Of a DNA stretch of 64,000 bases, positions 63,727 to 64,000 are shown in pieces. Where the stretch lies: positions 1 through 64,000 of IMG/VR virus record IMGVR_UViG_3300002307_000041; one strand, 5' to 3'. This DNA is from a virus. Taxonomy: Duplodnaviria; Caudoviricetes. Below the pieces are notes generated by a model. It did no database searches and was not told the DNA's origin. It saw only the letters and a list, made by a program, of their open reading frames with translations. The stretch's first letter is position 1. Each line of letters begins with the position of its first letter. A program made the position numbers and the translations under genes.

Positions 63727-64000
63727 ATGGCTACAAGACAAGTATATAGATCAATGCAGGGTAAGGTTGTAGATTTAGGACAACTTATTGCTAAAAACGA
63801 ATTAGTTCCCGCAGTAGGAAATGCTAAGGTTAATGCTAGAGGTGACGAGTTAGGCCCTGGTGGAAAGATCGTTAGGACTCGAGAAGAAGTAATGGCAGAA
63901 TATTATAAGAATACTAGTAATTCTCTTCCAGATGCGGTTCCAAATAGAGCACGTACTGTTCCGATTTCAAAGAATACTGATCCTGTAGTTGCTATTCCAG
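63727..64000 (+). CDS. hypothetical protein (runs off window)
   Basis: AGGAG SD; MATRQVYRSMQGKVVDL... Confidence 0.65.
   Translation, partial: MATRQVYRSMQGKVVDLGQLIAKNELVPAVGNAKVNARGDELGPGGKIVRTREEVMAEYYKNTSNSLPDAVPNRARTVPISKNTDPVVAIP

Noticed and set aside
1-64000. CRISPR array
   Set aside because: No run of equal-length direct repeats with unique spacers was seen. The only exact tandem repeats found (57 bp, 45 bp) are in-frame coding repeats.

Overview
This is a 64 kb slice of a large, AT-rich, T4-like (contractile-tail) phage genome read in the standard genetic code. Four independent signals point to an alphaproteobacterial host, probably Rhizobiales-like: a circularly permuted two-piece tmRNA, a tRNA-His with A73 and no G-1, two Omp25/RopB-type porins and ROSE-type thermometer hairpins. 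Contents in order: Cas4-like nuclease, beta-helix virion protein, nrdAB plus glutaredoxin, PAAR and M15 peptidase, tmRNA, NlpC/P60, speD, a translation and proteostasis block (rpsU, dnaK, sHsp, clpS, infA, clpP), heme oxygenase plus bilin reductase, and a full lysis cassette. Next comes an array of 24 tRNAs interleaved with tRNA-like and structured RNAs, two HNH genes, a radical SAM gene and a SOD. The window ends with three outer-membrane beta-barrel genes, queD, uvsE, a GIY-YIG gene, iscA and a baseplate/fibre module with a 2823-aa protein. The strongest novel candidate is an attenuator at 29033-29224, in front of the main tRNA block. It has a promoter, a 28-codon leader ORF using 18 amino acids (all 17 that have a tRNA in this window, and lacking Phe and Pro, which have none), and mutually exclusive antiterminator and terminator hairpins. 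It looks like a general sensor of host tRNA depletion or cleavage that switches on phage tRNAs. All assignments come from reading motifs by eye; no database search or folding program was run.
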